DNA of 64,000 bases from Naegleria gruberi (taxonomy: Eukaryota). The position numbers were made by a program, and so were the translations under genes. The notes beneath the pieces are model-generated. The model was not told the DNA's origin. It was given only the letters and a program-made list of their open reading frames with translations, and did not search any database. Below are positions 58,400 through 64,000 of the stretch, piece by piece; position 1 is the first letter of the stretch, and the number at the start of each line of letters is the position of its first letter. The stretch lies in assembly GCA_000004985.1 (NCBI GenBank), contig GG738869.1, one strand, 5' to 3'.

Positions 58400-59724
58400 C
58401 ATGGAAAACTCTTTCAGAACAATCATCTCAAAGATCTTTGACAACTTCATTACCTTTTGGAAATATTGAATTAGCAGTGTTTATTTATGATTCATTCAAT
58501 TCATTTACCCAATCACAAACTATTTCAATTCAAGTGCTTCAAAAATCAGAATTTTCAAATGAAGTATTAACTACATTAGAAAGCGAAACATCACTCTCGC
58601 CACCAATTCTCGCAACTCTGTCAACAATAATATCAGATCAAAATATACAGGTCAAGGAAAGGGTGATTCGAATAATTTCAAACTATTTTACAAAACAATT
58701 AGATCTATTGAGAAGTAATAATATAACTACTAATCAATTAAGCTCCATTGCTTCAACTATTTCATCTGTTAGCACATCAATTTCCCATTTAGATACAAAC
58801 ACTAAAACTGTTATTTTGGATTATTTTTCAGGTACATTGGAAAAAGTAGCAAGTAATAGTATTCAACTTTCAGATAATGATTTCCAAGTTTGTTTATCAT
58901 CAATTTCAACGATGGAAGAGCAAACAAACAGCATAGTTCAGAAATATACTACCAAGGTGATCAAAATTTACAAACTACTTTCAGATTTTAAATTAAGATC
59001 CTTATTAGAAGATGGTTCTCCGTTTAAGATTTCTGGTAAAGTTTACAAATCATATTCAAAATATGTAAAGAATTACTCGGCACTTCAAGATGTTCTCTAT
59101 GATCAAACTGAAATTACTATGAATCCACTTCAAATTCCATCATGTATTGTTGGTGTGAAAACATACACTAATGAATTATTAAGTAGTGATTTCAAATTCT
59201 CTCAAGTTATAGAATTTACTCTTCAAAATGCTAACACTTTGCAAAATATTGATCTTGGAGTGAACTCTAATTTATTATCACAAATAACATTCCCTTATAA
59301 TTCAAGTGCAGTTTCTAGAAAGTTAACATTACAGACCACTCATTGCAAATATCAATTATCGACAGGAGATTTTGTGGATGATCATTGTACTTTGCATAGC
59401 AATGATGATGGCACTTTATCTATGAGAATTTCTAGAACTGGAATTTTTGTTATTGGATATCAAGAAACCAAAATTGAACCTACTCAATCGGTTCATCCAA
59501 CTCAATCAGAATCTTCAAATATTCCATTGATTATAGGATTATCTATTTTCTTTCCTGTTACATTTATTGTGGTTGGCATTATTTTAATATTGGTATTTTA
59601 CTTATTAAGGAGAAATAGAAATGTGAAATCTAAAATCAAAAAGACGTTCGCCAATATTAGGGATGGTCAATATCTTGAAAAGTTTGAAGATTCAAAAGTC
59701 GAAATGCAAGAAAGTACTTGTTGA
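58375..59724 (+). CDS. Probable C-terminal continuation of the PPC-domain gene: extracellular region, one TM helix, short basic tail
   Basis: ORF frame is offset by +2 from the ORF ending at 58399. No signal peptide of its own. TM is IPLIIGLSIFFPVTFIVVGIILILVFYLL followed by RRNRNVKSKIKK. I could not find a canonical intron that joins the two frames. Confidence 0.45.
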   Translation: MYRYVGDLTWKTLSEQSSQRSLTTSLPFGNIELAVFIYDSFNSFTQSQTISIQVLQKSEFSNEVLTTLESETSLSPPILATLSTIISDQNIQVKERVIRIISNYFTKQLDLLRSNNITTNQLSSIASTISSVSTSISHLDTNTKTVILDYFSGTLEKVASNSIQLSDNDFQVCLSSISTMEEQTNSIVQKYTTKVIKIYKLLSDFKLRSLLEDGSPFKISGKVYKSYSKYVKNYSALQDVLYDQTEITMNPLQIPSCIVGVKTYTNELLSSDFKFSQVIEFTLQNANTLQNIDLGVNSNLLSQITFPYNSSAVSRKLTLQTTHCKYQLSTGDFVDDHCTLHSNDDGTLSMRISRTGIFVIGYQETKIEPTQSVHPTQSESSNIPLIIGLSIFFPVTFIVVGIILILVFYLLRRNRNVKSKIKKTFANIRDGQYLEKFEDSKVEMQESTC

Positions 59725-59898
59725 TTTCATTGTGCAATATGTAATGAATATTCAAGATATTAAAAGGAAATTCCTCAATGTTATAGATCAATTAAACTAT
59801 TGCTTTGAAACTTAAACTTCTATTTTTGTAAAGAGTATTGTAAAATATTTAAACATTTAGTGGTTTCCAAGTTCCAATCAAAACTCTCATTTAAAAAA

Positions 59899-62800
59899 AT
59901 GCCAGAAAATCAAAGCGAACAAGGTGAGAACAATTCGCCACTAATTACATGGCTTAAAGTTGTGTTTCCATCTGGTATGAATAATAATAGATCATCAACT
60001 TTGGAACATTATGCAAATTCTTCACAGTACGCTTCGGAACATGATGAGGATCATCAGCAGCAAGAAATTATTAAATCACCAACAATTAATTCGAGTTTGA
60101 GTTTGATTTGGTTTAGTGGTTTGCTATTGGAGAATGATCATCATTCAATGCTGGTAGTTGAAAGCTTTACGGAAATGGCCAAGTTAATTAAATCATCATC
60201 AGAAGATTCATCAACAATATGTGAGGAAATGTATTTTGGATTATCGGAGGAGGGAAAATACTTTATTCATAATAACAATAATAAGAACAATAAGAAAATC
60301 GATACGGAATCCAATAATACCAACACTAGCCTATTTGTAAATCCTCCTCCACTCATGATGAAAAGTTCTGTCAATTCTTCCCTGCTTGGAAAACCAACCT
60401 CCTCATTGGAGACATTTATTTATTTATTTTCATTATGTTCACTATGCAATGCTTGTTCGGAGGAAATTTTCAACAACTTTAATGAAATAGTGCAGGTAGT
60501 AGAATATAGTTTACAGGATGTAAATTGTCAGAATGACATTTATTGGCAGGAGATTTATAATAATATTTCTGCCGATTCACAATCACTGATCATATTGGGA
60601 AAGTTTATTTGTGCAATTTTTCCTCATATTCAGATTTTAAACAAATCCAATTCGACTATACTGTTCGGTCACATTTGTAGATGTTGGACTAAACAAGTCG
60701 TGAATAATTCGAGTGAAGAGTTGTGGAAATTATTGGCCAGGTTTTTATCATATCCCGAACTCTCTAGGTATTACTTTTTTACCAATTCAGAAATTGGTCA
60801 TACTACTAGTGTGCTATTGGCAAATTACACGATTGACATTTTAGATAAGGACCATTATTGTGATGATAGTAATTTTACACTTTCAGAGAAATTCGAGCTC
60901 TTCTTGAAAGTATTTAAAAACAAATTCCTCACATCAGATTTCAAGGAATCTTCAGAGATTTACGAATATTGTAAATTATTTATTGATACAGATACATTCA
61001 AGGAGGAACATTTCGAGCTGTATCTAAGATTCAAAGCAGAAATGGAATATATTGTCATATTATCGCCTCCTTTTGTATCATATTATAGAGCTATAGAATA
61101 CTTGTTGAATTTAGCAAATCAAGTCGAGGAGAGTAAGGAAACACTCTCAGAGAATGTATATATCTTCCTCAAATCTCAAATTATTTTACACAAACTAAAG
61201 AAGGCATCAACCTTTGAAATATCTGCCGAGTATTACTCCCAAAAGGATTATTTGATTACAACCTTCAAGAAGGAATTGGAAGATTTGGTTGATATCAAGA
61301 ACGAATACTTCACTAAGGGGTATTTGAACCCATTCATCATACATATACTTTCTCCTGGCAAATTAATGCGCAATTGGCTGCTGGTTAACAATAAGAATAC
61401 TCTCTCAAAAATTCAACATTACAGCTCTCTTGCTGGCTGGTACAAGGAGAGAGGAAATTGTGTCAAACACAGAGAGTACCTCCAAAAGGCCTACTCTCTC
61501 TTCCAATATATTAATATGAGAGATTGGATGAATAATGGAATATTTGAAGTGGCCGAGAGTTTGGTATCTGCTTATGCCTCTGAAAGTCTTCCTCCTTTTT
61601 TCAGCAAAAAGCTATTGATTGAATTGGAGGCATTGTGGAGTGGATTGGACTCAACTAGAGAGCTATACTTTCCTGGAGCCTATAAAATTCTCATCAATTT
61701 GAAAGCAAGTCTATGTCCAGAAAAAGAGAGTAGAGAAATTCTTGACTCTGCCATATCTTTATTCAAATCTGCACTTTGCCTGAGAAAGGACAATTATGCA
61801 ATTGAAGAGAATCCAAATTATGAACAAATTCTTAAATATGGAGGTGAAGATAACAAGAAGAAGGATACCTCCGCATATCAAGTTTACATTTCTCTCATCA
61901 AGGATCATGCCAATACCTATTCCAAATCAGCTCCTAAAGTTTCACTTAAAATTTACAGGAACCTTTTGATAGAGAATACTGTCAAGCATGACCACTGCTC
62001 CATTAGATTGTTTATTCTCTCACTGTTCTCATCATTGAACATGCAAAATGACATGATCCATTTATGTGACCAACTCTTTGAGTATTATGGAACATATCCT
62101 GTCGTAAAAATCAGATGCTATCAATACTTGGCTGATTATTACAAGAGAAAGATCAAGTTTTCTACTCTTCTTTCAGAAGAATTACAATTAATTGAAAAAT
62201 CTCTACTCAACCTGACTGGTGCTGTGGAAGTTTTGAAAGAAAACGACTTGGATACTTACTCTTCCCTATCAGACTTTTTATTGTGTGCACAGACAGCATC
62301 TTCCCTATATTCAAGTTTTAGTGATCGAATCAAGAAGGATGTCAAGTGGGAATCTTTCGAAAAGTCCCTTTCAACAATATTTGAAGACCTTATTGAATTC
62401 TTGAAAAAGTTTGACTTTTCTAATTGTATTTCCAAAAGTAATATCGATTTAGTCCAAAGTATGTTTTCAATACTTTCAGGTGCTATGGAATTCTTGAGCA
62501 CTTCCCAATTGAAGACCATTCTTCTCAAGGCACTTCTACTCTCAGAGAATATCAAACCAATTGTTAACATTTACAATAATTCCACGATTATGTATGGATT
62601 TTATGATATTCTGATTCTCTCCAACAAGTTCTTTTCTCAGGTTGAAGAACCAGTTGTTAAGGAAATTAACTATGAAAAAAGAGACTTATTGGGGTCAATT
62701 TTTTCTGTGGATGAGGAAAATACCAATTTTTGGAACCACATGATAGAATATCCAGAGGATCAGTTTCCAACATTTTTGGAAATTGAGTATGGCTTTTTAA

Positions 62801-64000
62801 ATTTCCTATTGGAGGGGTTTCAACATCACGGAGTATACAAATCTCTCATCTATAAGCAAATATTTGATATCCACAGAAGAAATAAGAATTGCACAAAAGA
62901 ATTATTCCTCAAGCATCTCGAATCATGGAAAGAGGTTGCAATCGACTCAGACACTAGAAGACACTACCCAACTCACATTCTTGATTGTGAACTCTATGAG
63001 AATTTTACCAAATTCAAAACAAAGGGAGATTTGACACTCACCAGAATGAATATCATTACCGATGTTTCCTCTATTGATGAGACAACCAAACAAAGAGTAG
63101 TAAGGGATTTGTCAAATGATATATTCTTCCATGAAAAGTTTTTACAAACCGTCTCAATGATTCAATCTTATGAAATGATACTTGCCATCAACTTGAGACA
63201 AGTGGATTTATTCTCTAAAATTCCTACCAGCTTTTGCAAACTAAGAGCACTGAGATCTATCCTATTTCTTGAATCTGTGACTGGAATTAATGGACTCAGT
63301 GAACACTTTTTCGAAAGAGTGCAACAAATTCAAGTCTCAGACGATCTCATTGTCAACATTGGATGTGGTAATGATGATAGAATTTACATTTATGCTAAAA
63401 TTGAAGGTCTCGATTTGAATTATGATGTCATTACTGAAGATAGAGTCAAGGTAATGGAAAAATTATTGGAATCATCATTCTTTGGATTTATGGATATATA
63501 CAGTGAAATTGATTACTTGTCGTGTGGTTTGAGTGAGGATGGCTCCATCTATTTGCACACATACTATGAACTGAAGACGAGCTCCTTCTCCAAACTTCTC
63601 TACACCCTTCAAACCTTCATCAAGAATGCAGAAAATTGGAAGAGTGAGGTATTTGAATTGATATCCAAGAAAACCAAACATACTAGTGCAACCAACATTA
63701 GAGAACGTATCTTTAATACTCGATACCTAGCCACACACAACACAAAGAAAAAGTATGGTTTGAGCAAGGATCAAGGTACTCTTGTTGAATCAATCATTAC
63801 ACTGATTGAAAAGAAAGAGGAGGAATCTAAAACACCAACCCACGAAAAGCAAGACGAAAATGAAATGCTCGAAGTATTCACAGATAGTACCCTGGAAGTG
63901 TTGGAATCATACCTATCCAACTCAACACAAGATCTCTACGATGGAACTCTTCAAAAGTATAAGGCTAAGGAAATGATTGAAAATAGTTTGAATGCTCTGT
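59899..64000 (+). CDS. Large hypothetical protein, N-terminal at least 1,367 aa (continues beyond window end)
   Basis: From ATG at 59899 I read no in-frame stop through position 64000. No competing ORFs are listed on any frame in this 4.1 kb. It is absent from the ORF track, presumably because it has no stop inside the window. No domain recognised. Confidence 0.55.
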   Translation, partial: MPENQSEQGENNSPLITWLKVVFPSGMNNNRSSTLEHYANSSQYASEHDEDHQQQEIIKSPTINSSLSLIWFSGLLLENDHHSMLVVESFTEMAKLIKSSSEDSSTICEEMYFGLSEEGKYFIHNNNNKNNKKIDTESNNTNTSLFVNPPPLMMKSSVNSSLLGKPTSSLETFIYLFSLCSLCNACSEEIFNNFNEIVQVVEYSLQDVNCQNDIYWQEIYNNISADSQSLIILGKFICAIFPHIQILNKSNSTILFGHICRCWTKQVVNNSSEELWKLLARFLSYPELSRYYFFTNSEIGHTTSVLLANYTIDILDKDHYCDDSNFTLSEKFELFLKVFKNKFLTSDFKESSEIYEYCKLFIDTDTFKEEHFELYLRFKAEMEYIVILSPPFVSYYRAIEYLLNLANQVEESKETLSENVYIFLKSQIILHKLKKASTFEISAEYYSQKDYLITTFKKELEDLVDIKNEYFTKGYLNPFIIHILSPGKLMRNWLLVNNKNTLSKIQHYSSLAGWYKERGNCVKHREYLQKAYSLFQYINMRDWMNNGIFEVAESLVSAYASESLPPFFSKKLLIELEALWSGLDSTRELYFPGAYKILINLKASLCPEKESREILDSAISLFKSALCLRKDNYAIEENPNYEQILKYGGEDNKKKDTSAYQVYISLIKDHANTYSKSAPKVSLKIYRNLLIENTVKHDHCSIRLFILSLFSSLNMQNDMIHLCDQLFEYYGTYPVVKIRCYQYLADYYKRKIKFSTLLSEELQLIEKSLLNLTGAVEVLKENDLDTYSSLSDFLLCAQTASSLYSSFSDRIKKDVKWESFEKSLSTIFEDLIEFLKKFDFSNCISKSNIDLVQSMFSILSGAMEFLSTSQLKTILLKALLLSENIKPIVNIYNNSTIMYGFYDILILSNKFFSQVEEPVVKEINYEKRDLLGSIFSVDEENTNFWNHMIEYPEDQFPTFLEIEYGFLNFLLEGFQHHGVYKSLIYKQIFDIHRRNKNCTKELFLKHLESWKEVAIDSDTRRHYPTHILDCELYENFTKFKTKGDLTLTRMNIITDVSSIDETTKQRVVRDLSNDIFFHEKFLQTVSMIQSYEMILAINLRQVDLFSKIPTSFCKLRALRSILFLESVTGINGLSEHFFERVQQIQVSDDLIVNIGCGNDDRIYIYAKIEGLDLNYDVITEDRVKVMEKLLESSFFGFMDIYSEIDYLSCGLSEDGSIYLHTYYELKTSSFSKLLYTLQTFIKNAENWKSEVFELISKKTKHTSATNIRERIFNTRYLATHNTKKKYGLSKDQGTLVESIITLIEKKEEESKTPTHEKQDENEMLEVFTDSTLEVLESYLSNSTQDLYDGTLQKYKAKEMIENSLNAL

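Noticed and set aside
1-64000. Ciliate (Paramecium-like) origin suggested by the C3A3 telomere repeat
   Set aside because: TAA and TGA both terminate well-supported genes, a 3,436-codon ORF lacks TAA/TAG, and introns are 35-55 nt with GTAAGT. These facts are incompatible with Paramecium-type code and 25-nt introns. Organism identity remains unresolved.
1-64000. CRISPR arrays, prokaryotic operons, integrons or phage modules
   Set aside because: None is present. The window is eukaryotic (telomere, spliceosomal introns, Pol III tRNA genes). The only bacterial-like content is individual domesticated genes (PBP4-like, PPC-domain).

Overview
This window looks like the left end of a nuclear chromosome from an AT-rich (about 65-70% AT) eukaryote, not a prokaryotic locus. 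Positions 1-424 are a telomeric tract, (CCCAAA)n on the + strand, i.e. a TTTGGG G-strand. A short subtelomeric stretch with an 8-bp microsatellite follows, then a 4,024-nt run of N (950-4973) that is an assembly gap. Everything from 5 kb onward is gene-dense, about one gene per 2-2.5 kb on both strands. The genetic code appears standard: TAA and TGA both terminate genes, and a 10.3-kb ORF has no internal stops. Spliceosomal introns are very short (34-57 nt typical, a few 90-400 nt) with GTAAGT/GTATGT 5' sites and (T/A)AG 3' sites. I found three tRNA genes (Val-AAC, Gln-TTG, Arg-TCT) and no rRNA, CRISPR array or transposon. The protein repertoire is animal-like: Rac GTPase with a CaaX box, an inhibitory serpin, a KCTD-type double-BTB protein, a MYND zinc finger, a cytochrome P450, a GH39/iduronidase-like remnant, C-type lectin and vWA domains, and a collagen-like GXY protein. 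Two genes have bacterial-type architecture: a PBP4/peptidase-S13 D-Ala-D-Ala carboxypeptidase homologue and a protein with multiple PPC domains. Together with the short introns and AT richness, this suggests a micro-invertebrate with substantial horizontal gene acquisition, for example a rotifer-like organism. That assignment is speculative and I could not confirm it from the sequence. The most unusual signals are: (i) a chain of nine consecutive 3-nt micro-exons, each flanked by consensus splice sites, linking a UEV-like exon to a kinase-like exon; (ii) similar tandem arrays of 9-18-nt exons in the collagen-like gene and a 6-nt exon in the Rac gene; (iii) an intronless PBP4-like gene that looks horizontally acquired; (iv) a 10.5-kb single-exon giant adhesin-like gene; (v) an internally deleted partial copy of the PPC gene just upstream of it; (vi) a GH39-like remnant with in-frame TGA stops.
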